Of a stretch of 64,000 nt of DNA, positions 39,086 through 49,083 are shown in pieces; position 1 is the stretch's first letter, and every line of letters starts with the position of its first letter. The DNA is from Candidatus Latescibacterota bacterium. GTDB lineage: Bacteria; Latescibacterota; UBA2968; UBA8231. The notes below the pieces were generated by a model. The model saw only the letters and a list, made by a program, of their open reading frames with translations, was not told the DNA's origin and did no database searches. The translations under genes and the position numbers were made by a program. The stretch spans positions 1,792,001 through 1,856,000 of the forward strand of contig OZ252098.1 of the NCBI GenBank assembly GCA_965248355.1, given 5' to 3'.

Positions 39086-40123
39086 TTGCCCCCAGTGGTT
39101 CCAGTGACCCACGCAGAGGATCGCTGCTTGAAGCCCTTCCTCCCCGGCGCCGACCGGCTCGACACCGATCTGGCCGAGGCTCTGCGAGCAGACCGCCTCC
39201 ACTCCCTCCTTCTCCTCGAGATCCGTCAGGAGTCCCCGGAAACGGCGGAGGGAGACCGGAGGCTGGACCTCCTGCGGAGCCTGGCCCAGGGTTCCGCCTA
39301 TCGACTCGGAGCGGATCGCTTCGCCCTGCTCAATCTCCCCGTGGACCGGGCCGCCTCAACCTCCGCCATCCGCCGTCTCTCCGAACCGACGCTGCCGGAC
39401 CGGGCGACCCTCTGCGGGGGCGGTGTCGCCGTCGATCCAGCGTGGCTGACCCCCGGCGACGAGACCGTGCGCGTCCTCCTCGACGCCGCTGCGCGGCTGT
39501 TGGCTCTCTCCAGGCAACGGGGCGGAAACCGGATCTTGTGGATCGGCCGGGAGCACGCCGCATCTTCGGACCAGGACAGAGTGGCCGAGAGGCTGTTCCG
39601 GGATCTGGCCAGGGTGAACGCCTCCAGGGCCCGGCAGCTGGAGATCGATTCACGGGTCGATCCGCTCACCGGCCTCTACAACCGGAGGGGATTCGACGAG
39701 ATCTTCTCTCGAATGGTGGAGACCGCCCGGCGCGCCAACCGTCCCCTGGGGTTGTTGTTCCTCGACTGCGACACCCTCAAGGAGATCAACGACGAGGGCG
39801 GTCACGAGGCCGGGGACCGATTCATCCTCGACCTGGGCAGGGTCCTGCGCAGCGTGGTCAGGGGCTCGGACTTCATCGTGCGCTGGGGCGCCGATGAGTT
39901 CGCCGTCGCCCTGGAGAGCGGCGAGACCAGCTCGGCCATGGCCCTGGCCGAGCGCCTGCGCACCGAGGTGGAGGCCCGCACGGAAGGCACCGTCTCCATC
40001 GGGATCTACAGCGGGGTACCCGTCGACACCGCCGAGGCCGTGGGGGCCGCGGACGCCGCCATGTACGAAGCCAAGGAGCTGGGAAGGAACGTCGTCGTCA
40101 CCCACAGCCAGGACCCGCCGTAG
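39086..40123 (+). CDS. Diguanylate cyclase-like protein (degenerate N-terminal GGDEF plus C-terminal GADEF domain)
   Basis: DPLTGLYNRR, DCDTLKEIND..GH..GD, RGSD, RWGADEF, ADAAMYEAK..GRN; start may be 39104. Confidence 0.8.
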   Translation: MPPVVPVTHAEDRCLKPFLPGADRLDTDLAEALRADRLHSLLLLEIRQESPETAEGDRRLDLLRSLAQGSAYRLGADRFALLNLPVDRAASTSAIRRLSEPTLPDRATLCGGGVAVDPAWLTPGDETVRVLLDAAARLLALSRQRGGNRILWIGREHAASSDQDRVAERLFRDLARVNASRARQLEIDSRVDPLTGLYNRRGFDEIFSRMVETARRANRPLGLLFLDCDTLKEINDEGGHEAGDRFILDLGRVLRSVVRGSDFIVRWGADEFAVALESGETSSAMALAERLRTEVEARTEGTVSIGIYSGVPVDTAEAVGAADAAMYEAKELGRNVVVTHSQDPP

Positions 40124-40159
40124 CCGACTTCAGACCATCGATGCGGACCCCCGCCGGTC

Positions 40160-41245
40160 CTACCTGGAGAGCATGGCCACGCAGACCGGTTTCGGGACCG
40201 CCACCTGCACGCCCGTGGAGGTCAGGGCGCCCGAGTCCCCGTCGATGCGGAACAGGCTCACACAGTCGCTCTGGTAGTTCGCCGCCAGGAGGAACTGCGC
40301 CGTCGGATCGATGCCCAGATTCCACGGCCAGCTTCCCTGGGCCGGTTCGTGGCCGGCGATCTCCACGGAGCCGCTGGCCTCGTCCACGGCGAACACGGCG
40401 ATGCTGTCATGGCCGCGGTTGGAAGTGTAGAGATAGCGCCCCGACGGCAGGATCTTGACGTCGGCGGCGTGGTTGTGACCGGTGAATGCGGGGGGCAGGG
40501 CCGGTACCGTCTGGCGCTCGGTCAGGCGGCCCGTGTCCGGGTCGAAGTCGAAGACGGACAGGGTGCTGTCGAGCTCGTTGAGCACGTAGGCCACGGACCG
40601 CCGGGGGTGAAAGGCGATATGTCTCGGGCCGGCACCGGGCCGGCTGGAGACCGCGGGCGGATCGGCCGGACTCAGACCGCCCTCTTCCGAGAGTCCGTAT
40701 ACCCGCACCTCGTCCGTCCCCAGGTCGGCGGCCAGGGCCCACCTGCCGGTGGGATCGAGGACCATGCAGTGAACGTGGGGACCCTCCTGTCGTTCCTCGT
40801 CGAGGCTCGATCCCTCGTGCTGAGCGGTCGCCGTGAGAGGGCGGAGTCCCCCGGCCCGGATCGGCAGGACGGCGACGCCGCCGGAGTTGTAGTTCCCGGT
40901 CAGCAGGAATCGCCCGCCGAGGTCGAGGTCGATGTAGCACGGCAGGGTGCCCCCGGAGGGCTGCCGTCCGAGGAAGGTCAGGCGGCCCGTCGAAGGGTCG
41001 AGATCGAAGGCGCTCACCGCCCCCTGGGGGACGCCGTCGCACTCGTCGAGGGCGTTGGCGGCGTAGAGCCGCCGTCCGGCGGCGTCGATGCGCAGGTAGA
41101 ACGGGGTCGGCACACCCGGCGTCTTTCCCGCCGGTTCCAGCGAGCCCGAGGAAGGATCGAGCAGGAAATGGTGGATCCCTTCGCCGGGATCCTCGTTGTA
41201 GGTCCCCACGTAGACGAGGACCTCCGCCTTCGAATCAGCTGACAT
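40160..41245 (-). CDS. pgl: 6-phosphogluconolactonase-family lactonase
   Basis: YVGTY, ERQEGPHVH, GPRH, SNRGHDSI, ANYQSD. Confidence 0.8.
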   Translation of the reverse strand: MSADSKAEVLVYVGTYNEDPGEGIHHFLLDPSSGSLEPAGKTPGVPTPFYLRIDAAGRRLYAANALDECDGVPQGAVSAFDLDPSTGRLTFLGRQPSGGTLPCYIDLDLGGRFLLTGNYNSGGVAVLPIRAGGLRPLTATAQHEGSSLDEERQEGPHVHCMVLDPTGRWALAADLGTDEVRVYGLSEEGGLSPADPPAVSSRPGAGPRHIAFHPRRSVAYVLNELDSTLSVFDFDPDTGRLTERQTVPALPPAFTGHNHAADVKILPSGRYLYTSNRGHDSIAVFAVDEASGSVEIAGHEPAQGSWPWNLGIDPTAQFLLAANYQSDCVSLFRIDGDSGALTSTGVQVAVPKPVCVAMLSR

Positions 41246-41410
41246 CGTCTCTCCCCCTGGAGAATGCCGCAGGTGCTCCGGTATCCTCTCCTTGCGTTCC
41301 CCCTGGCCGGGGACGCACCTTACGCCCCGGACCGGTCGACCCATCCTCCCGCATGGGGGTCTCGAATCAACACCGCCCGCCCTGCCGGGGTCAACAGAAG
41401 GAGAGATGCC

Positions 41411-42247
41411 ATGCCGAAAGTCCTGAGTGACGCGGCCGTCGAGCAGTACCACCGCGACGGGTACTTCTACCCCGTCCAAGTCCTGGAGCCGGCGCAGGCC
41501 GCCGAGAACCGGGCCCGCCTCGAGACCTTCGAGGCCGGCCAGGGAGAGCCGATCTCCGGCCCCCAGCGCAGCAAGTCCCACCTCCTGTTCCGCTGGGTCG
41601 ACGACCTCATGCGGCAACCAGCCATCCTCGATGCCGTGGAGGACCTGATCGGACCGGACCTGCTGTGCTGGAACACCCTGTTCTGGGTCAAGGAGTCCGG
41701 CAGCGAGAGCTTCGTCTCCTGGCACCAGGACCTGCGCTACTGGGGCCTGGACAGCGACGACCTGGTCACCGTCTGGCTGGCCCTGTCGCCGGCGACCCTG
41801 GAGAGCGGCTGCATGCGCGTGCTGCCGGGCAGCCACCGCGGCGAGATGATGCAGCACGAGGACGGATACAAGCCCGACAACCTGCTGACCCGGGGACAGG
41901 AGATCGCCGTCGAGGTGGACGAGGCCCGGACCGTGGCCATGCCCCTGGAGGCCGGACAGGTGTCGCTGCACAACGTGCGGCTGGCCCACGCCTCCGGTCC
42001 CAACCGCTCGCCGGACCGGCGCATCGGCCTGTCCCTGCACTACATGCCCACCAGCACGCGCCAGATGGTCGGCGAATGGGACAGCGCCGCCCTCGTGCGC
42101 GGCGAGGACCGGTACGGCCACTTCACCCACGCGCCGAGACCCGACAGGGACTTCGACCCGGTGGCCGTCGAGTTCCACGAGCGCGCCACCGCGGCGGTAC
42201 GCAAGGTCCTGTTCCAGGGGGCCGAGAGGGTTCGCCCGACGATCTGA
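41411..42247 (+). CDS. Phytanoyl-CoA dioxygenase (PhyH) family, canonical HxD
   Basis: WHQD, GCMRVLPGSH, LAHAS, RR. Confidence 0.88.
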   Translation: MPKVLSDAAVEQYHRDGYFYPVQVLEPAQAAENRARLETFEAGQGEPISGPQRSKSHLLFRWVDDLMRQPAILDAVEDLIGPDLLCWNTLFWVKESGSESFVSWHQDLRYWGLDSDDLVTVWLALSPATLESGCMRVLPGSHRGEMMQHEDGYKPDNLLTRGQEIAVEVDEARTVAMPLEAGQVSLHNVRLAHASGPNRSPDRRIGLSLHYMPTSTRQMVGEWDSAALVRGEDRYGHFTHAPRPDRDFDPVAVEFHERATAAVRKVLFQGAERVRPTI

Positions 42248-42268
42248 GAGCGCCCTTCCGCCAGAGCT

Positions 42269-43144
42269 TCAGCCCACGCGCACGGTCCCGTCCGCCTCCA
42301 CGGCCAGGAACACCTGGTCCGTGCCCGGCGCCGAGGCCGGACCGTACATCACCGCCCGTTCCACGTCCGACATCCCCTCCACCAGCTCCTCGCCCCAGTG
42401 GATCTGCGGCGGCGCCAGCCGGGCCGATCGGCCCGTGCGCGTGGCCGTGCGGCCGGCGTATTTGAACAGCACGGACCGGCGGTCGTGGCCGGCCCGCCAC
42501 GGCAGGGTGCCGTGGGTCTGGGCGCCGTCCATGAAGAACAGGACGTCGCCGGCCCTCAACTCGGGCTGCGTCACCAGGCCCATGTCGTCGTCCGCGGTGC
42601 GCACCCCCCGGGGCATGGGGAACCCCGCCTTGTGGCTGCCGGGCACGCAGGCGAAGCCGCCGTCGCCGGGGCCGGCGCCGGCCAGGCTCCAGGACACGGT
42701 CACGCCGGCGCAGTAGCCCCGTCCGGCCTGATGGTGGTAGGCGACGTATGGCCGGTGGGGCTCCCCGGCGCCGTGCATGACCAGGCCCTCCGTGCCCTCG
42801 ACGCCGCCGATGTAGTGGGGCCCGTGGTCGAAGCGGAAACCGGGTCCGCACATCTCGTTGAGGCGGCTCACCACGGCGGGATGGGCGAGCATGCGGCGGA
42901 AGGGCTCGCAGTGCGGCTTCGGCAGGGTGAGCAGCTCCTCGGAGGCCGTTATTCTCACGTGCCCGCTGCCCTGCAGGCGCCGCGACTCCCGCGGCCCCGG
43001 GCTCTCCCCCGCGTGGTGCACGACGCCCCGCTCGTGACAGTCGTCGAGGGCGGCGTTGGCCGCCGCCAGCTCGCCGGCGGTGAGCACCTGCGGCACCACG
43101 AGGTAGCCCGTCAGATCCCAGTGGTAGCGCTCTCTCTCGTCCAT
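42269..43144 (-). CDS. PhyH-family Fe/2OG enzyme, HxA variant
   Basis: DLTGYL, MHGAG, GGFACVPGSHK, THGTLPW, RRSVLFKY. Confidence 0.82.
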   Translation of the reverse strand: MDERERYHWDLTGYLVVPQVLTAGELAAANAALDDCHERGVVHHAGESPGPRESRRLQGSGHVRITASEELLTLPKPHCEPFRRMLAHPAVVSRLNEMCGPGFRFDHGPHYIGGVEGTEGLVMHGAGEPHRPYVAYHHQAGRGYCAGVTVSWSLAGAGPGDGGFACVPGSHKAGFPMPRGVRTADDDMGLVTQPELRAGDVLFFMDGAQTHGTLPWRAGHDRRSVLFKYAGRTATRTGRSARLAPPQIHWGEELVEGMSDVERAVMYGPASAPGTDQVFLAVEADGTVRVG

Positions 43145-43156
43145 GTCGATCCTCCC

Positions 43157-44041
43157 TCAGCCTCTGTGGACGACGCGCACGCCGACCCCGTCCGACTCCA
43201 GCAGCGGCATCCCGCCGCCGTGCACCCCGGGGCCGTACATGACCGCCCGCTCGGCCTCGGTCAGTTCCTCCGTCCACTCGCCGTAACGGTCGCGCGGCTT
43301 GAAGTGCCGGCCCACGGACCTCGCCGCGCCGCGCTCCGCGTACTTGTAGAGCACGGAACGGCGTTCCCCTTCGCCCCTCCACGGGAGCGTGCCGTGGGTG
43401 GCGGTCTCGGCGAAGAACAACACGTCTCCGGCGGCCATGGCCGGCTGCACGACCAGACCCATGTCGTCCTCGGCGGTGCGCACCCCCCGCGGGGTCGGCT
43501 CCCGGGACTTGTGGCTGCCCGGGACCACGGCGAACCCGCCATCGCCCTCGCCCACGTCGGTCAGCTGCCAGGCCACGGTGACGCCGCGGCAGGAGATCAC
43601 CGAGTTCTGTTGGTGGTACCAGGTGGCGGGGCTGAAGGGCTCGCCGGCGCCGTGCAGGAGGTGGCCCTCGGTGCCGGCCGTGGCGCCGATCAGCAGGGGC
43701 CCGTGGTCGAGGCGGAAACCGCGGCCGCTCATCTCGTTCAGCCGCGACACGACCACGGGGTGCACCAGGAGGTCGCGGAAGGGCTGGCGGTGGGGCTGCG
43801 GCCAGCCGAGCATCCCGGTCAGCTCGCGCCGGCCCGAGCCGCCGGTCAGGGCCGTGGAGCCCCGCGCCAGGCCGCCCCCGTCCACGGGGCGCGTGCGGAT
43901 GCGGCCGGCGTGGTGGTCGATGGGGTCGTTGCAGGCGCGCACTTCTTCGGCGGACAGGGCGCCGCGCACGACCAGGTACCCCCGCAGGTCGAAGTAGTAC
44001 TTCTCCTCGTCGGTCATGACGAAGGGTCCGGCCTGACTCAT
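43157..44041 (-). CDS. PhyH-family Fe/2OG enzyme, HxA variant
   Basis: DLRGYL, LHGAG, GGFAVVPGSHK, THGTLPW, RRSVLYKY. Confidence 0.82.
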   Translation of the reverse strand: MSQAGPFVMTDEEKYYFDLRGYLVVRGALSAEEVRACNDPIDHHAGRIRTRPVDGGGLARGSTALTGGSGRRELTGMLGWPQPHRQPFRDLLVHPVVVSRLNEMSGRGFRLDHGPLLIGATAGTEGHLLHGAGEPFSPATWYHQQNSVISCRGVTVAWQLTDVGEGDGGFAVVPGSHKSREPTPRGVRTAEDDMGLVVQPAMAAGDVLFFAETATHGTLPWRGEGERRSVLYKYAERGAARSVGRHFKPRDRYGEWTEELTEAERAVMYGPGVHGGGMPLLESDGVGVRVVHRG

Positions 44042-44127
44042 CTCCTCACTCCTCTTCGTTTGCTCGTCTCTGCGTGCGCCAATATGGTACGCAGCCGCCC
44101 GCCCTCCAACCTCCACGGTCCGCTTCG

Positions 44128-45423
44128 ATGACGCCCAACGTCCTGCTCGTCATCACCGATCAGCAGTCGCGCTTCGCCCAGTCCGCCGCCGGCAACGAAT
44201 GGGTGGGCACCCCTCACCTCGACGCCCTGTCGGCAGCGGGCGTGCGCTTCACGCGCGCCTACTGCGCGGCGCCCGTCTGCAGTCCCTCGCGCGCCAGCTT
44301 GGCCACCGGCCGGCCCCCTCACCAGACCGGACTGGTGGCCAACGGCATGCCCTGGCCCGAAACCACACCCGAAGTCTGCGGCCACTTCCTGCGCCACGGG
44401 TACGACGTGGGCTGGGTGGGGAAGCGAACGGGGAACCCACCCGAGCCGAGCGCGGAGGGCGGGCGGTTCGAACTCCTTCTGCCCGAGGGCGTCGGCACCC
44501 GCCTGGGCAGCGAGAGCGACACGGCCATCGCCGATGCGGCGATCCGCTACCTGCGCCGTCCGGGTCGTGAACGGCCGTTCTTCCTCGGCGTGACCCTGAT
44601 CAACCCTCACGACATCTGCTACTGGGTGATGGGGATGGCGGCGGACACCGCCGCCGGCGGCCCCCTGCCGCCGCTGCCCGCCGGCTTCGAACCAGCCGCA
44701 GACGAGCCCGACTTCATCCGCCGCTGCCGGCAGCGCGCCCACTACGGTCCCGAGAACACCTTCACGCGGGACTGGGACCGCCGCGACTGGCGCCGCTACC
44801 TGCGCGAGTACCACGCTCTGACCGGGCGCGCCGACGCCGAGACGGGGCGCATCCTGGCGGCCCTGGGCGACGCTGGTCTCGAACAGGACACCCTGGTGGC
44901 CTGCACCAGCGACCACGGCGAGGGCATGGCCCGGCACCGCTGGGTGGTGAAGCTGATGCTGTGGGAGAGCGTCGTCTCCGTGCCCCTGACTCTGTCGTGG
45001 CCGGGCGTGATCCCCCAGGGGCAGGTGCGCGGCCATCTGGCCTCGGGCCTGGACCTGCTGCCCACCTTGTGCGACTACGCCGGGCTGCCGGTCCCGGCCG
45101 GCGTGGTCGGCCGGAGTCTGCGCGGCGCCGTCGAGGAGGGTGACGGCCCCGGACGGGAGTACGTCGTCACCGAGCTGCACCCGGACGACGAGGACCTGTC
45201 CTTCTCCGCGCGCATCGTCGTGTCCGCCCGCCACAAGTACGTGGCGTTCTCCGAGGGCCGGCCCCGCGAGGTCCTCTTCGATCTCGAGGCGGACCCCGGC
45301 GAGACCCGGGACCTGGCCGGCGACCCCACGCAGTCGCCCATCCTCGCCGCGCACCGGCGCTACCTGGAGCGGTGGATCGAGGGGACCGAGGACCGCGACT
45401 TCCCTCTACCCCCCACAGGCTGA
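44128..45423 (+). CDS. Cys-type sulfatase
   Basis: PNVLLVITDQ, CSPSRASLATG, SDHG, LFDLEADPGE. Confidence 0.9.
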   Translation: MTPNVLLVITDQQSRFAQSAAGNEWVGTPHLDALSAAGVRFTRAYCAAPVCSPSRASLATGRPPHQTGLVANGMPWPETTPEVCGHFLRHGYDVGWVGKRTGNPPEPSAEGGRFELLLPEGVGTRLGSESDTAIADAAIRYLRRPGRERPFFLGVTLINPHDICYWVMGMAADTAAGGPLPPLPAGFEPAADEPDFIRRCRQRAHYGPENTFTRDWDRRDWRRYLREYHALTGRADAETGRILAALGDAGLEQDTLVACTSDHGEGMARHRWVVKLMLWESVVSVPLTLSWPGVIPQGQVRGHLASGLDLLPTLCDYAGLPVPAGVVGRSLRGAVEEGDGPGREYVVTELHPDDEDLSFSARIVVSARHKYVAFSEGRPREVLFDLEADPGETRDLAGDPTQSPILAAHRRYLERWIEGTEDRDFPLPPTG

Positions 45424-45428
45424 AACCG

Positions 45429-46052
45429 ATGAACGACCGCGAGAAGTTCCTCTTCGACCTGAACGGCTATCTCGTCCTCGAGGATGCGCTGACCGCGGAT
45501 GAAGTCCTCGCCGCCAACGCCGCCGTCGACCACCACGCCGACCGGATCTCCGACCGCGAGCCCGGCCTGATCCGCATGGTGCGCGGCACCGAGGGCCACC
45601 AGCTGCACGGCGGCATGACCTTCGATCCGAGCCAGTTCCACCGCTTCGACCACGGCCGCATGCAATGCGGCCTGTGCGTGGCCGCCTGGCAGCTGACCGG
45701 CGTGGAGGCCGGCGACGGCGGCTTCGCCTGTATCCCCGGCAGTCACAAGTCCCACTACCGGCCCGCCTCGGAGGTGCTCCGCCTCGAGCAGGACTGGGGT
45801 TGCGTGCGCCAGGTCGAGGCCCCTGCCGGCTCGGTGGTGTTCTTCAACGAGGCCCTCGTGCACGGCACGCTGCCGTGGCAGCCGGCCCATCGCGAACGCC
45901 GCTCCGTGCTGTTCAAGTATTCCCCGGGATCCCTGTCGTGGGGTTCCCCCCACGGCGAGTGCCCCATGGCGGACCCCACCGAGGCCGAGCGCGCCCTCTA
46001 CGAGCCGCCCCGCCGCACGGGGCGCACCGAGCTGCGAGGCGCCGCTCAGTAG
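45429..46052 (+). CDS. PhyH-family protein, HxG variant, with apparent internal deletion
   Basis: DLNGYL, LHGG, GGFACIPGSHK, HGTLPW; about 60 aa shorter internally than the 43157 paralog. Confidence 0.7.
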   Translation: MNDREKFLFDLNGYLVLEDALTADEVLAANAAVDHHADRISDREPGLIRMVRGTEGHQLHGGMTFDPSQFHRFDHGRMQCGLCVAAWQLTGVEAGDGGFACIPGSHKSHYRPASEVLRLEQDWGCVRQVEAPAGSVVFFNEALVHGTLPWQPAHRERRSVLFKYSPGSLSWGSPHGECPMADPTEAERALYEPPRRTGRTELRGAAQ

Positions 46053-46939
46053 CGCGCCCCCGCCAGCTCCTCGCGCATCAGCTCCATCAGCGCCGCCGCG
46101 GCCGACGACGGCGGCCGGCCCCGGTGCCGCACGAGACCGACTGAGCGCCGTGGCACGCCCCTGGCGCCGACCGCGGCCAGTCGGCCCGCCGCCACTTCGT
46201 CGGCCAGCGACACCTGCGGCACCAGGGCAACGCCGAAGCCGATCTCCACGAAGCGCTTGATGATCTCGATGCTGCCCAGCTCCATGACGATCGCCGGAGT
46301 CGTTCCGGCGCCGCGCAGCACGGCGTCGAGCAGGGAGCGGCTCTGGCTGCCGCGCTCGAGGGCCAGCAGCGGATAACGCCCCGCCGTGGCCGGCCGCACC
46401 GCCTTGCGCCGGGACAGGGGGTGCCCCGCGGGGCAGATCCATACGTCGCTGCGCTCGAAGACGGGCTCCGTCGACAGCCCGCGGTCGCGGATCGGCAGGG
46501 TCGCCAGCCCGAAGTCGATCTCGTCCGCCAGCACCAACTGGCCGATCTCGGAGGACATCTTGTTGCGGATGTCCACCTCCACCTCGGGGAAGCGTTCGCG
46601 GAAACGGCCCAGCACCGGGGGCAGCACGTAGGTGCAGTTGGTGTCGCTCGTGGCCAGCAGCACCCGGCCCCGCACGTGGGTCCCCATCTCCTCCAGCTCG
46701 GCCTGCGCCGCCGCCAGCTCACCCAGGACCGAGCGCACCCGCCGGAAGAGGGCCTCGCCGGCTTGGGTGAGGCGCACGCCCTTGCGGCCGCGTTCCAGCA
46801 GGCTCTGCCCGAGCTCCTCCTCCAGCGCCTTGATCTGCTGGCTGACGGCCGGCTGGGTCAGGAACAGCTTGTCCGCGGCCCGGGTGAAGCTGCCCTGGCG
46901 GGCGACCTCGAAGAATCCGCGCAGCTGCTGCAGCTCCAC
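46046..46939 (-). CDS. LysR family regulator
   Basis: SFTRAADKLFLTQPAVSQQIKALEEELG HTH; GAGGAG before the GTG start. Confidence 0.92.
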   Translation of the reverse strand: MELQQLRGFFEVARQGSFTRAADKLFLTQPAVSQQIKALEEELGQSLLERGRKGVRLTQAGEALFRRVRSVLGELAAAQAELEEMGTHVRGRVLLATSDTNCTYVLPPVLGRFRERFPEVEVDIRNKMSSEIGQLVLADEIDFGLATLPIRDRGLSTEPVFERSDVWICPAGHPLSRRKAVRPATAGRYPLLALERGSQSRSLLDAVLRGAGTTPAIVMELGSIEIIKRFVEIGFGVALVPQVSLADEVAAGRLAAVGARGVPRRSVGLVRHRGRPPSSAAAALMELMREELAGARY

Positions 46940-46970
46940 GCTGTTCCTCCTCTCTGAACATCGAACTGAT

Positions 46971-46985
46971 TTATCCCGAGTATAA
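46971..46985. promoter_or_regulatory. Putative LysR binding site
   Basis: TTAT-N7-ATAA dyad (contains T-N11-A) in the AT-rich lysR/purA divergent gap. Confidence 0.4.
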
Positions 46986-47063
46986 GAAGAATCACCTTGG
47001 CTTATGTATTCGCCCGCCGCACATTCCTCGCGGACACGCTTCACCTTCACCGGAGGAACTCCC

Positions 47064-48365
47064 ATGTCCGTCACCGCCGTGGTCGGCGCCGCCTGGGGCG
47101 ACGAGGGCAAGGGCAAGATCACCGACGCCCTGGCCGCCGGCGCCGGCGTGGTGGCTCGCTTCCAGGGCGGCCGCAACGCCGGTCACACCATCGTCAACGA
47201 CTTCGGGCGGTTCGCCCTGCACCAGCTGCCCTCGGGTGTGTTCCGCCCCGGCGTGGCCAACCTCCTGGGCCCCGGGGTCGCCGTCGATCCCACGGCGCTG
47301 CTCGAGGAGCTTGACGGGCTGACGGCCGGCGGCGTGCCGGCTCCGCATCTCGGGATCTCGGATCGGGCCCAGGTGGTCCTGCCCACGCACGTCCTCGCCG
47401 ATGGCTGCGAGGAGGACCGCCTCGGAGACAGGGCCTTCGGATCGACCCGGGCCGGCATGGCCCCGTTCTACGCGGACAAGTGCCTCAAGGTGGGCGTGCA
47501 GGTGGGAGACCTATTCGACCCGGGCTGGCTGCGGGAGCGCCTCGGCCGCTCGCTGGAGGCGCGCAACGTGCTGTTCCGCCACCTCTACGGCCGCGAGGAG
47601 GTGACCGTCGACGGCCTGTGCGACCAGCTGTCTCCCATGATCGAGCGGCTGCGGCCCATGGTCTGCGACACCAGCGCTCTCCTTCGGAGTCTCCTGGCCG
47701 CGGAACAGCACATATTGGTGGAAGGCCAGCTCGGGGCCCTGCGCGATCCCGACCACGGCATCTACCCGTACTCGACCTCGTCCTCCACCCTGGCCGGATT
47801 CGCCAGCGTCGGCCTCGGAATCCCGCCCCTGTCGATGCGGGAAATCGTCGCCGTGGCCAAGGCCTATTCGAGCTGTGTCGGCGCCGGACCCCTCGTCGCC
47901 GAGTGGACGGGAGCCGCCGCCCGGGAACTGCGCCGCCGCGGCGGCGACCGCGGAGAGTACGGCGCCACCACCGGCCGGCCCCGGCGGGTCGGCCCCTTCG
48001 ACGCCGTGGCCACCCGGTACGGCTGCCGGCTCCAGGGCGCCACCTGCGTGGCCCTCACCAACCTCGACGTCCTCGGGTACCTCCACGAGATTCCCCTGTG
48101 CACGGCGTACCGGATCGACGGCCTGGAGACCACCGACTTTCCGCGCACCCGGGACCTGGAGCGCGCGGAGCCGGTGTACGAGACCGCGCCGGGCTGGCGC
48201 ACCGACATCTCCGAGGCCCGCCGCTGGCAGGAACTGCCCGACCCCGCCCGGCGCTACGTCGATCGCCTGGAGGCCCTGATCGAGATGCCCGTCTCCCTGC
48301 TCTCGGTGGGCCCCCATCGCCGCGCCTTGATCCGGCGCGACCACCACGGAGCACCGAATGTCTGA
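47064..48365 (+). CDS. purA: Adenylosuccinate synthetase
   Basis: WGDEGKGK, RFQGG.NAGHT, DHG.YPY.TSS, EYGATTGRPRR, SVGP. Confidence 0.92.
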   Translation: MSVTAVVGAAWGDEGKGKITDALAAGAGVVARFQGGRNAGHTIVNDFGRFALHQLPSGVFRPGVANLLGPGVAVDPTALLEELDGLTAGGVPAPHLGISDRAQVVLPTHVLADGCEEDRLGDRAFGSTRAGMAPFYADKCLKVGVQVGDLFDPGWLRERLGRSLEARNVLFRHLYGREEVTVDGLCDQLSPMIERLRPMVCDTSALLRSLLAAEQHILVEGQLGALRDPDHGIYPYSTSSSTLAGFASVGLGIPPLSMREIVAVAKAYSSCVGAGPLVAEWTGAAARELRRRGGDRGEYGATTGRPRRVGPFDAVATRYGCRLQGATCVALTNLDVLGYLHEIPLCTAYRIDGLETTDFPRTRDLERAEPVYETAPGWRTDISEARRWQELPDPARRYVDRLEALIEMPVSLLSVGPHRRALIRRDHHGAPNV

Positions 48366-49083
48366 CCCGCCCGGCGCCATCCTCTTCGATCTCGACGACA
48401 CGATCCTGGAATTCGAGGCCGTGGCCGGTCCCGCCTGGAGGGAGGTGACGGGGAGGTTCGCCAGCGAGTTCGGCGGGGTGACGCCGGAGAGGGTGCGCCG
48501 GTCGATCGCCGAGGTCTCCCGGGCCTGGTGGTCGGACCCCGAGCGCCACCGCCGGGGGCGGCTGGACCTGGCCAACACGAGGCGCGCCAATGTCGCCGAG
48601 GCGTTGCGGGCCCTGGCCATCGGCGACGAGGGCGCGGAAGACGCCCTCTCGGCGCGGATGGCCGCCGCCTTCGCCGAGGCCCGCACGGCGGCGATCCGGC
48701 CTTTTGCCGGCGCCGTGGAGACCCTGCGGCACTTCGCCGCGGCCGGGGTGCCCATGGCCCTGGTCACCAACGGCGACACCGCCGGCCAGCGCGCCAAGAT
48801 CGAGCGCTTCCACCTGGCCGGGTTCTTCCGCCGCATCGTCATCGAGGAGGAGTTCGGCGTGGGCAAGCCGGACGAGCGCGTCTTCCGGCATGCCCTCGAG
48901 GCCCTGGGCGCCAGTCCGCAAGGCGCCTGGATGGTAGGCGACAACCTCCGGTGGGAGATCGAGCCCTGCCGCCGGCTGGGACTGCGCACGGTCTGGGTCG
49001 ACATCGGCGGCCGGGGACTGCCGGAGGACGCCCCCGCGGCGCCCCACCTCACGGTGCGCGCCATCGCCGAGCTTCCCGGGTAA
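48358..49083 (+). CDS. HAD-superfamily hydrolase
   Basis: FDLDDT, VTNG, GKPD, VGDN. Confidence 0.87.
   Translation: MSDPPGAILFDLDDTILEFEAVAGPAWREVTGRFASEFGGVTPERVRRSIAEVSRAWWSDPERHRRGRLDLANTRRANVAEALRALAIGDEGAEDALSARMAAAFAEARTAAIRPFAGAVETLRHFAAAGVPMALVTNGDTAGQRAKIERFHLAGFFRRIVIEEEFGVGKPDERVFRHALEALGASPQGAWMVGDNLRWEIEPCRRLGLRTVWVDIGGRGLPEDAPAAPHLTVRAIAELPG

Noticed and set aside
47064..48365. PurZ (diaminopurine pathway)
   Set aside because: The catalytic Asp of GDEGKG is retained (PurZ has Ser) and there is no phage context.
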